The position numbers were made by a program, and so were the translations under genes. Source: Bacteroidota bacterium (GTDB lineage Bacteria; Bacteroidota; Bacteroidia; Bacteroidales; UBA5342). Taken from it: DNA of 64,000 nt. The notes beneath the pieces were generated by a model. The model was not told where the DNA came from and made no database searches. It worked only from the letters and a program-made list of their open reading frames with translations. Numbering within the stretch: the stretch's first letter is position 1; the number at the start of each line of letters is the position of its first letter. Positions 40,722 to 48,782 of the stretch are shown piece after piece. Location: NCBI GenBank assembly GCA_003249935.1, contig QKHT01000075.1, positions 2,602-66,601 of the forward strand, written 5' to 3'.

Positions 40722-43067
40722 TCAGGGTACAATTTTTATGGCATCTACGGGGCATGCCGGGCGACAGGCATCGCACTTAATGCACTTTTCGGTATCGACC
40801 ATGTGCAGTTGATGCGGGTTGAATGCAATGGCATCTACCGGACAAACTTGGGCGCATTTGGTACAGCCGAAACAATCGCTGTTAATGGTGTACTTTATGA
40901 GTGCTTTGCATTTGCCGGTTGGACAAATGCCATTGATATGGGCCTCGTATTCGTTGCGGAAGTGCTTGAGCGTGGATAATACCGGATTTGGGGCACTTTT
41001 CCCAAGGCCGCATAGCGAGCCTTTTTTTGTCCATATCGCCAATTCTTCGAGTTTGGCAAGGTCTTCGGTTTTACCTTTACCTTCGGTAATCCGTTCGAGA
41101 ATTTCGAGCATGCGTTTGGTGCCTACGCGACAGAATGTGCATTTACCGCAGCTTTCGTTTTGAGTAAACGATAAAAAGTATCGGGCAATGTCCACCATGC
41201 AATCCGTGTCGTCCAATACAACCAATCCGCCCGAACCCATCATAGCACCCACGGCTCCGAGCGATTCGTAGTCAATTTGGGTGTCGGCCAGCCAATGAGG
41301 AACACAACCACCCGACGGGCCGCCAATTTGCACCGCTTTCAGGGTTCGGCCATTAGCCACACCACCGCCAATTTCATTCACCACTTCATTAATGGTAATC
41401 CCCATCGGTACTTCAATTAATCCACCCCGCGCAACTTTGCCGGCTAATGCAAACACTTTGGTTCCTTTGCTGCGATCAATGCCAATGGATGCAAATTTTT
41501 CGTACCCGTTACGGATAATATAAGGTACCTGAGCAAATGTTTCGGTATTGTTAATCAATGTAGGAAAACCAAACAATCCTTCCTTTGCCGGGTAGGGCGG
41601 CCGAATGTTCGGAAATCCGCGTTCACCCATAATCGAGGCCATAAGTGCCGTCTCTTCGCCACACACAAAAGCACCGGCTCCCTGATAAATAGAAACAGAA
41701 AGCGAAAATGGCGTATTCATTATGTTTGAACCAACGAGGTGGCGTTCGCGACAAATTTCCAATGCCTTACCGATGCGTTCTACTGCCAATGGATATTCGG
41801 CCCTGATATAGAAGATGGCTTCGGTTGCACCCACTGCATATGCTGCGATTAATAAACCTTCAACGACTCTGAAGGGGTACGATTCCAACAGCATACGATC
41901 CATAAATGCACCGGGATCGCCTTCGTCGCCATTGCAAATCAGGTATTTTATTGGCCCGGTACTTTCGGCCACCATTTGCCATTTGGTGCCTGTGGGAAAC
42001 CCCGCACCACCACGCCCGCGAAGGCCGCTACGTGAAATAGTTTCTATGGTGCTTTGGGTTGAACCATCATCAAGTACCTTTTTAAGTGCTTCGAAACCAC
42101 CGTTAGCAATATACTCGTCGATGTCTAACGGACTCATGTGCCCGCGATGTTCGGTTGCAATCGGTATCTGATGGCCAAGAAAAGCACTCACCTGTTTTTC
42201 GCGTACATCCGGATTATAGCGTTCTATGGCAATAGCCGAAGTGTCGGTTCTCACATTCTCCAATGTATCGGATAACCTCGAAGTGAGTCGTTGTAATAAT
42301 CCCGGCGACTTAAAATGCGAAGCCAGAATTTTACTCACATCCTCCGGTTTTACCTGCGTATAAAGGGTTGGTTCGCCCGTGGTGGGTACAATTTCTACCA
42401 AGGGAACGCGGTGACACATGCCTACACACCCCACGTTTTTAAGCGTTACGTTCAGGTGGCGTTTGGCAATAGCCGTTTCTGCGGCGCGTTGTATTTCGTC
42501 GCTGCCACTGGCTACACAGCACGATCCGAGGCCTATGCGTACTTCACCTTCAATGGTACTACCATCTGTTTTGCGAAACAATGGTGTATTCACTTCATCT
42601 TTTCTGCTTTCGAAATCGTTTATTATCGAAGCAATTTGTGCCGTAGTAACATGGCCGTAAGTCACTTTATCGATCTGAACCACCGGTGCCAGGGTACAAC
42701 AACCAAGGCAGCTCACTTTTTCGAGCGTGTAATTACCGGCTGCATCGGTGTCGGCCGATTCATTCATTTTAAAATGCCGTTTTAAAGCATCATAAACCTG
42801 CATGGCACCTTTTACATGGCAGGCGGTTCCTACACAAACCTTTACGAGGTGTTTGCCCGCCGGTTCATGTCTGAATTGCGAATAAAAAGTAGACACCCCG
42901 GTAATCTGATCGGGGGTAATTTCCGAAATGGAACAAACATGTTCAAGCGCCGCTTTGGGCAGGTAGTTGTATTTTTTTTGTATGGCCTGCAAAATGGGTA
43001 TCACCCTGTTTTTGGTTGAACCCGTTTCGGCCACTATTTGTGCAATATCGTTGAGATTTAGCTCCAT
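40722..43067 (-). CDS. NuoE-like [2Fe-2S], second thioredoxin-like [2Fe-2S], NuoF (FMN/NADH) and 2x[4Fe-4S] ferredoxin fusion (HydB/HndC-like NADH dehydrogenase module)
   Basis: CVGTACHVKG...CLGCC (NuoE), GLGSCCVASG...CVGMCH, GRGGAGFPTG and CNGDEGDPGAF (NuoF), ESCGKCTFCR, and C-terminal CFGCTKCAQVCP plus CIKCDACRPACP. Confidence 0.85.
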   Translation of the reverse strand: MELNLNDIAQIVAETGSTKNRVIPILQAIQKKYNYLPKAALEHVCSISEITPDQITGVSTFYSQFRHEPAGKHLVKVCVGTACHVKGAMQVYDALKRHFKMNESADTDAAGNYTLEKVSCLGCCTLAPVVQIDKVTYGHVTTAQIASIINDFESRKDEVNTPLFRKTDGSTIEGEVRIGLGSCCVASGSDEIQRAAETAIAKRHLNVTLKNVGCVGMCHRVPLVEIVPTTGEPTLYTQVKPEDVSKILASHFKSPGLLQRLTSRLSDTLENVRTDTSAIAIERYNPDVREKQVSAFLGHQIPIATEHRGHMSPLDIDEYIANGGFEALKKVLDDGSTQSTIETISRSGLRGRGGAGFPTGTKWQMVAESTGPIKYLICNGDEGDPGAFMDRMLLESYPFRVVEGLLIAAYAVGATEAIFYIRAEYPLAVERIGKALEICRERHLVGSNIMNTPFSLSVSIYQGAGAFVCGEETALMASIMGERGFPNIRPPYPAKEGLFGFPTLINNTETFAQVPYIIRNGYEKFASIGIDRSKGTKVFALAGKVARGGLIEVPMGITINEVVNEIGGGVANGRTLKAVQIGGPSGGCVPHWLADTQIDYESLGAVGAMMGSGGLVVLDDTDCMVDIARYFLSFTQNESCGKCTFCRVGTKRMLEILERITEGKGKTEDLAKLEELAIWTKKGSLCGLGKSAPNPVLSTLKHFRNEYEAHINGICPTGKCKALIKYTINSDCFGCTKCAQVCPVDAIAFNPHQLHMVDTEKCIKCDACRPACPVDAIKIVP

Positions 43068-43070
43068 CGG

Positions 43071-44870
43071 TTACTTTTTAATGCCAAATAGGGTGTTACC
43101 AGCTTTAATACACATAAAGCCATCGGCAAATGCCGGTGTTGTAAATACCTTGCCACCCATATCGTGTTCGGCTATTAATTCGAAGTTGTTGCCGGCTTTC
43201 ATAATGTGCATTGTTCCGCCCATGTCGGCCAAATATATTTTGCCATCGGCCAGTATTGGCGATGAGTAAAACCCTTCGCCAAAGTCGTTTTCCCAAAGCT
43301 TTTCGCCGTTAGTTTGGTCGTAGCAGGCTGCCATACCATACGATGTGGCTACAATTACCCAGTTGTCGGCAGCTAACGGGCTCGATACTTCGGCGAGATA
43401 TTCGCTCGACTCCCAGAGTTCGGAGGCGGTGCCGTTGGTTGGATTAATGGCTGCAAATTTAGCATATTCGTTTACGGCAAACACCTTACCGTTGGCATAA
43501 GCAGCCGATGGTCCGACTTCGCCGCTAAGTGAAGCGATTTTCCAGAGTTCTTTGCCACTTTCGGCATCGTATCCGGCCACCAAAGGGTCGGCCGTTAGTA
43601 CCAGTTGAACGGTGTTGTTTATTTTAGCAAGTATTGGCGACGACCACGAGATTTTTACGGCACGAACGGTTTCCCAAAGTTTTTCGCCGTTAAGCACATT
43701 AAATGCCAGCAGTTTACCGCCTTTACCGGTATCATACTGTACATACAATTTGTTTTCAAGCAGTTGTAACGATGATGAGTGGCCGTAATGATTGGTCGGT
43801 ACGCCGATGTTGATGGTCCATAGTGGTTCGCCATTTACTGTATATGCAGCCAAATCGCCTGTGGCAAAAATGGCGTAAACCCTTTGCCCATCGGTGGCTA
43901 AAGTGGGTGCGGATAGTCCTGTATCGTCGGTGACTTTTGGCGGTGAGGCCGGCGAGCCGGCTGCTTTTTCTATCTCTTTTTGCCATAGTATTTTGCCCGA
44001 ATTTTTGTCGATACAAAACAACGAACGTTTTTTTGCATCGGCACCCGCCACGAAAATTTTGCTATCCCAGATTATCGGCGAGTTAAATCCATGCAATGGT
44101 AACACTGTTTTCCATGCTATATTTTTTCCTGAAGCCACATCCCAATCGGTCGGTGTGTTTTTGGCGTAACTCACACCTTGCCCCCATGGCCCGCGAAACG
44201 TGGCGTGCTGCATTTTAAAATCAGCGAATGTTGCAAATCGCGGTTCAGCCACCTTAGCAACCGGTTCAGCCAGAATTACGGTGTCGGACTTGGCCGTGGT
44301 ATTGGTTGCACTGTCGGCATTGGTAACGGTAATCACCTCTACTTTTGGTTGTTCTTGTACAATGGTATCGGCTACAGCCAACATTGCTGGAGTGTTTTTG
44401 TAAGTGTCGAAATAGGTTTTGGAACCCATTACACCCCAAAGTGCTGCTAAAATAAGCAACAAGGCACCAATATTTATAGCCCTTTGAGTCTGTTTTTGTG
44501 TATCGCCAGTTGTCGTTTTTTCTTCGGGCTCGCCAATAATAGCAAAATGTTTGCTTAACCATCGCAAAGAGCCAAAGCAGACTATGCTACCAATAATAAG
44601 CAACAGTGCACCGGTATTGAGTTGCCATTGCGCCGTAAACCATGCTTTGCGGGCTATTAGGTCGAGATTGCGCACGGCCTCCATTAAATCGTGGTTGTTG
44701 GGGTCGTTCTTGAGTTGAGCCACAATGGACTCTAACGCTTTGTTTTCGACTGGGCTATGCGATTTTATCTGTATGTAATTTACAATAAGTAAAATGGCTA
44801 CGATAATAGAAAAAGCCCCGGATATACGGGCCACCCATTTTATGTTTTCAATTTTTTGTTCTTTCATCAC
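43071..44870 (-). CDS. Membrane-anchored PQQ-like (BamB-like) beta-propeller repeat protein
   Basis: Three N-terminal TM helices and a Thr/Ala-rich linker. These are followed by repeated G-K-x-L-W blades (GKILWQ, GEPLWT, GEKLWE, GKELWK, GEKLWE). Confidence 0.7.
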   Translation of the reverse strand: MMKEQKIENIKWVARISGAFSIIVAILLIVNYIQIKSHSPVENKALESIVAQLKNDPNNHDLMEAVRNLDLIARKAWFTAQWQLNTGALLLIIGSIVCFGSLRWLSKHFAIIGEPEEKTTTGDTQKQTQRAINIGALLLILAALWGVMGSKTYFDTYKNTPAMLAVADTIVQEQPKVEVITVTNADSATNTTAKSDTVILAEPVAKVAEPRFATFADFKMQHATFRGPWGQGVSYAKNTPTDWDVASGKNIAWKTVLPLHGFNSPIIWDSKIFVAGADAKKRSLFCIDKNSGKILWQKEIEKAAGSPASPPKVTDDTGLSAPTLATDGQRVYAIFATGDLAAYTVNGEPLWTINIGVPTNHYGHSSSLQLLENKLYVQYDTGKGGKLLAFNVLNGEKLWETVRAVKISWSSPILAKINNTVQLVLTADPLVAGYDAESGKELWKIASLSGEVGPSAAYANGKVFAVNEYAKFAAINPTNGTASELWESSEYLAEVSSPLAADNWVIVATSYGMAACYDQTNGEKLWENDFGEGFYSSPILADGKIYLADMGGTMHIMKAGNNFELIAEHDMGGKVFTTPAFADGFMCIKAGNTLFGIKK

Positions 44871-46150
44871 TCATTCGTTTTTGCAGGTATTTTTACCGGA
44901 CAATATTTAATGCAGCGGCCGCAACTCAAGCAATCGCCTTTATTCGGTGTATAATCGTTGGATTCGCGTCGCCTGAAAAGCCCGATTAAGGTGGTGCCAA
45001 TCACCAGTCCCATAAAACCGCCCAAAATGGTAGCTCCGGTTTTAAATTGCGGCATTATTTCGTTGGCCTTTTTTGTCAGGTTTTCGGCTGAACCACCACT
45101 GGCCACAAACGTACGAATATCGAGGTTGGCGGATGTTTTTAATATTTCAGGATTTTTGGTCATGAGGTTTGCCAGATATACATCGGGATGCGCGTTGGCC
45201 AATGCCGGATGCACCAAATAGCCGATGACGGCACCAAAAACAATAAAAATTGGGAGCATCAGTATATATCGGATAAACTTTTTTTGATTGATGGTTCGTT
45301 CTTTTTCTTTGCCGGTGGGCTTGTCAATGGCTTCGAACGGACACGATGATTCGCACAAACGGCAACTGATACATTCGGCAGGTGTTATAGCCATGTGCCG
45401 CCAGGCAAATTGTGAAATATGTTTGAGTAGTACGCCATACGGGCAAATAAACCGGCAATAGGGCCGTGCTACAACCATGCCGATAAGCAAAAGGCAAATG
45501 CCAATCATTACGATGGCAAAGGGCCCGTCGAGACGGTATATGGCAATAAAGGGATCGAACCGGCAAATAATAAAATCGCTGCCCGTAGCGGCATAAAGTA
45601 CCGCCAACCCAAGGTAGAGATACGGAAAAAGACCGAAGCTTTTTCGGGCCCAAAGGGGTATCTCTATGGGTTTTAAGATTAGTAAATCCTGAATGACGCC
45701 TAGTGGACAAGCCCCGGCGCAAAAGGTTCGACCGAAAAACAAGGCAAACAACAATGGCAGTAAAAAAAAGCCCAACGTAACCCACGAAATGGAATAAGCC
45801 GGCGAGGCAAATGCCAATGCTATATTTTGTATGGAACCTACTGAGCAAATGCAACCATGGCGCACGAAGCCAAACCATATTAACGAAAATAGTGACATGG
45901 CTAATATGCCTTTTCGCGACCGTTTTTTGAGCAGAAACCATGTGGTAAGGCCCAGAACTAAAGCTAAAATGCCCAGATCGAGCCACTGCATCGTCATGCC
46001 GCGTGGTTCGGGCGTAGTGGGTACCGGCTGGGTGTATCCGTTTTCGAATTCGGGCTTCGGAAAGCGTTGTATGCCTTGTGCAATTGCCGAAATGAATTGT
46101 GAACCAAATATCAGTATGGTTATAATGAAGTAATAAATACGGTTTTTCAT
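44867..46150 (-). CDS. NapH/MauN-like polytopic membrane iron-sulfur protein
   Basis: Signal-like N-terminus and multiple TM helices. It has CxxxCP motifs (FCAGACPLG, CRFICPYG) and two CxxCxxCxxxCP ferredoxin motifs (CISCRLCESSCP, CLSCGRCIKYCP). ATGA overlap with the downstream gene. Confidence 0.7.
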   Translation of the reverse strand: MKNRIYYFIITILIFGSQFISAIAQGIQRFPKPEFENGYTQPVPTTPEPRGMTMQWLDLGILALVLGLTTWFLLKKRSRKGILAMSLFSLIWFGFVRHGCICSVGSIQNIALAFASPAYSISWVTLGFFLLPLLFALFFGRTFCAGACPLGVIQDLLILKPIEIPLWARKSFGLFPYLYLGLAVLYAATGSDFIICRFDPFIAIYRLDGPFAIVMIGICLLLIGMVVARPYCRFICPYGVLLKHISQFAWRHMAITPAECISCRLCESSCPFEAIDKPTGKEKERTINQKKFIRYILMLPIFIVFGAVIGYLVHPALANAHPDVYLANLMTKNPEILKTSANLDIRTFVASGGSAENLTKKANEIMPQFKTGATILGGFMGLVIGTTLIGLFRRRESNDYTPNKGDCLSCGRCIKYCPVKIPAKTNE

Positions 46151-46152
46151 AA

Positions 46153-46722
46153 CTACTTTGAATCGGATTTCGGCAGTGAGCCTTTGATTTTGTATGGTTG
46201 CGAGGCAGGCACTCTACTGATGGCATCGGATGGGCAAACGCGGGCAATGGCGCATTGGTTGCAATTAACGCAAATATTATGGCGTATTTGTAAATGCAAC
46301 GATCCGTTGCCAAAGTCGGTGCAGCCTTTTACACATTTGGCACAGCCTATACACAATGGCTCGTCGATAACGTATTCGAAATAGGGCTCTTCGATGTATT
46401 TTCTGTTAATAGCGGCGGTGGGGCAGAGCTGACTTTCGGCTGCAGTGCTGATATTGGCATCAGGTTTCAAATAACCGCCGCAAAGGTCGCAATAACCGCA
46501 AACATCGTAGGCATGCACGCATTTTACTGCCGAAGGACGCAGTACGCAATCGGTAGCGCATCGGCCGCATTGGGTGCATTTAAACGGGTCTATTTGCCAC
46601 ACTGTACCTTCGGCTGTGGCATGTTTTGCAGCCATAATTGCTGTGGCACCAAGGGTTACCCCCAATGCTACACGGGTGCCGCTTTTGAAAAAGCCCCGTC
46701 GGTTGGTTTTATTTGCTGCCAT
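46153..46722 (-). CDS. Tat-exported NapG-like poly-ferredoxin (four Cys clusters)
   Basis: Twin-arginine signal NRRGFFKSG...AKHATA and Cys motifs CTQCGRCATDC, CGYCDLCGG, CIGCAKCVKGC and CVNCNQCAIARVCP. Confidence 0.75.
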   Translation of the reverse strand: MAANKTNRRGFFKSGTRVALGVTLGATAIMAAKHATAEGTVWQIDPFKCTQCGRCATDCVLRPSAVKCVHAYDVCGYCDLCGGYLKPDANISTAAESQLCPTAAINRKYIEEPYFEYVIDEPLCIGCAKCVKGCTDFGNGSLHLQIRHNICVNCNQCAIARVCPSDAISRVPASQPYKIKGSLPKSDSK

Positions 46723-46921
46723 GACGTAATGGTTGTGCCTGTGGTTTACTGCATGCTCTTAAAAATGAACATTTGGCGCATTCGGGTGCTTCGTCGCAAC
46801 CCGTAGCCGATACTTTGTCGGTTTTAACCATATACCACACCGCACCACCCAACAGCGCAAACAAGCTGGTGCGACCAATGGTATCTGCAAATTGTCGCCG
46901 ATTTATCTTTTTATTCCACAT
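46709..46921 (-). CDS. 70-aa protein with a Tat-like RRQF motif, one TM helix and a C-x5-C-x2-C-x5-C motif
   Basis: MWNKKINRRQFADTIGRTSLFALLGGAVWYMV...CDEAPECAKCSFLRAC. It is the first gene of the operon and overlaps the next gene by 14 nt. Confidence 0.5.
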   Translation of the reverse strand: MWNKKINRRQFADTIGRTSLFALLGGAVWYMVKTDKVSATGCDEAPECAKCSFLRACSKPQAQPLRHGSK

Positions 46922-46947
46922 TTCCCTTGTATTAATACCTAACTTTT

Positions 46948-46955
46948 CAAAAATA
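46948..46955 (-). promoter_or_regulatory. Candidate -7 box (TATTTTTG on the minus strand) for the redox operon
   Basis: CAAAAATA on the plus strand is the reverse complement of TAnnTTTG, about 27 nt upstream of the ATG at 46921. Confidence 0.35.
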
Positions 46956-47038
46956 GCAACCTTGGTGGTTAATTGAAACTATTTCAACCGATTTGTGTCG
47001 CTTTTTGTGTCTATTTTTATTGGTTATGTATAATAGAG

Positions 47039-47183
47039 TGCCTGCGGCGTTGATGGCCTTCGGCGTTTATGGCCTTCGGCGTTTATAGCCTTCGGCTGTT
47101 TATGGCCTTTGGCGTTGATGGCCTTTGGCGTTGATGGCCTATGGCGTTGATGGCCTGCGGCGTTGATGGCCTGCGGCGTTTAT
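47039..47183. repeat. Nine head-to-tail copies of a 16-bp unit (GGCCTNNGGCGTTKAT; one 17-bp unit)
   Basis: Units begin at 47039, 47055, 47071, 47087, 47104, 47120, 47136, 47152 and 47168. The variants are CTGCGG, CTTCGG, CTTTGG and CTATGG. There are no spacers between units. Confidence 0.95.
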
Positions 47184-47191
47184 TGTTGCGG

Positions 47192-48325
47192 TTAAACCGG
47201 ATTGGATTTGTGGATTTCGTCGTCGAGTATTTTGTACAGAATGTCCTCGGATTTAGATTGTTTCGCATCGTGAAACCAAAAGGTGAGCATGTGATTGTCG
47301 GCGCATTTTTCTAGTATGCGTGCGTTGGGTTTGTGAAATGTGATTAATATCGCTTTAGCACCTAATCCTCCGCAAAGCTTGGCTACGTTATGAAACTTAT
47401 CGATGTCTTTAATATCGAATACGGCAGTTTTACACTCAACAAAAACTAATTTGGAGCCGGTATTCACGACCATGTCAATTTCGTTTTTAGCCAAACCATC
47501 GGCGTATTCGATAATCAGATTGCTGACTAATTCTTTTGTTTTAGTCCATCGTGACAGGATTTCGGCCACTTTATATTCGAACCATTGTGTGTTGAAAATG
47601 AGCGGATAAAACAAATTTCCAGTAAATACATAAATCTCTGGTGGTGCTAATAATCCGTGATAAAAACTGATTTTTACCTCTTTAAATTCTTTATTCCAAC
47701 TTAATACAGAATGTGGCCTGTTGATATTTATTTCGAAACTTTCTGTTAACGAACCATTACTGTCTTGAATGGTATTTCGGTACGCCTTCAATAGATTTTT
47801 ATACTGGTTTTTTGTAGTATAAAGCATTTCTATGGTTTCTACGCCGTTGGTGCAGTAGTAGGTCTCTTCGCAATGTGGGTCGTAATTGCGTATGGTTTGA
47901 CCCGAATAGGCAATATGATTTTCGATGGATAAAAATGAGGTGAGTGGGTGAGTTTTGTTTTCGTGCAGGAAATGGATGAACCCGTTTTGGTCGATATGAT
48001 ACACAATGCCTTGATACTTACTTGTAAAAACCGAATAGAGGGCCAACGACATCATTTTGGTTCCGCCCGAAATATTTACAAACCATTGGCAGTCGGTGTA
48101 TTCATCTGCAATATGTTGTATTTGTTCGCACAGCGAAAAAAAATCGTGTACCTGATAGGCCAATTGCAACACAGATTCGGTGGACGCTGCTTTCTGAATT
48201 TTATTAGCCATGGTAAAGGTTTCCTTACTGTGAAATAGAATATTCAGGTGGCAGTTAAACTCGATGATGCCCTGAATAACTGGCAGTGGTTGACCGCCAA
48301 TGGTCGAAATCTGTATGGTTTTCAT
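47192..48325 (-). CDS. Card1/Can2-like effector: CARF sensor domain plus a PD-(D/E)xK nuclease domain (DUF1887-type)
   Basis: 377 aa. N-terminus: ISTIGGQPLPV and NISGGTKMMSLAL, which are CARF/DUF1887 hallmarks. C-terminus: EIDMVVNTGSKLVFVECKT, i.e. D-x12-E-x-K. Confidence 0.7.
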   Translation of the reverse strand: MKTIQISTIGGQPLPVIQGIIEFNCHLNILFHSKETFTMANKIQKAASTESVLQLAYQVHDFFSLCEQIQHIADEYTDCQWFVNISGGTKMMSLALYSVFTSKYQGIVYHIDQNGFIHFLHENKTHPLTSFLSIENHIAYSGQTIRNYDPHCEETYYCTNGVETIEMLYTTKNQYKNLLKAYRNTIQDSNGSLTESFEININRPHSVLSWNKEFKEVKISFYHGLLAPPEIYVFTGNLFYPLIFNTQWFEYKVAEILSRWTKTKELVSNLIIEYADGLAKNEIDMVVNTGSKLVFVECKTAVFDIKDIDKFHNVAKLCGGLGAKAILITFHKPNARILEKCADNHMLTFWFHDAKQSKSEDILYKILDDEIHKSNPV

Positions 48326-48337
48326 TCTGTGTACTGT

Positions 48338-48703
48338 TTAATAGGCTCTGAATTGCACAAATTCGAAATGAGTGGTTTTGCTGCCATCGGCATTGTCTGT
48401 TACGTTGCGTCGGGTGGTAGAGGCTATACAGTCGATGCCAATGCTTTTTAAACGGGTAATCAGCGCAAAACAGAAGGTCATTTCGCCCATAAGATGCACT
48501 GCAAAGGCACCTGAATTTTCGGTGGCCAAAAGTGTCCTGATTTTTTGCTCGTACTGTTCGGCCAAAAATTCTATATCATCGGTTTTTGCTGCGGGATCTA
48601 TTACCGGAAACGCTATATCGTGGATTGAACCATACGCTGCGGCTGCTTTACGCTGCGGTTCACTCCATAATGTACTTGGATGGTTGCTTAGATTGATTAA
48701 CAT
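48338..48703 (-). CDS. Small (121 aa) soluble alpha/beta protein; possibly a Csx20-type stand-alone CRISPR-accessory or ring-nuclease-like protein
   Basis: MLINLSNHPS..W...Q start and alternating hydrophobic strand/helix pattern. Its stop lies 12 nt upstream of the Card1-like start. The family assignment is from memory only. Confidence 0.4.
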   Translation of the reverse strand: MLINLSNHPSTLWSEPQRKAAAAYGSIHDIAFPVIDPAAKTDDIEFLAEQYEQKIRTLLATENSGAFAVHLMGEMTFCFALITRLKSIGIDCIASTTRRNVTDNADGSKTTHFEFVQFRAY

Positions 48704-48782
48704 GATGTAGTGTTTTTCTTAATATTTGGCAAGGTTTATACCATTTGGAAAGAAAAATTAATTCGAATTTCGATGGCAGATT

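Noticed and set aside
45324-46313. 329-aa minus-strand ORF
   Set aside because: It is an alternative frame of the NapH-like and NapG-like genes. It has an Arg/His/Thr-rich composition with no motifs, while the annotated frames carry clear Fe-S motifs.
47039-47183. Possible CRISPR array next to the CARF genes
   Set aside because: The units are 16 bp and directly abut each other with no spacers. This is a simple tandem repeat, not a repeat-spacer array.
47083-47268. 61-aa minus-strand ORF across the tandem array
   Set aside because: Its repetitive RRPSTP.AIN translation is an artefact of the 16-bp repeat. It also overlaps the 3' end of the Card1-like gene.
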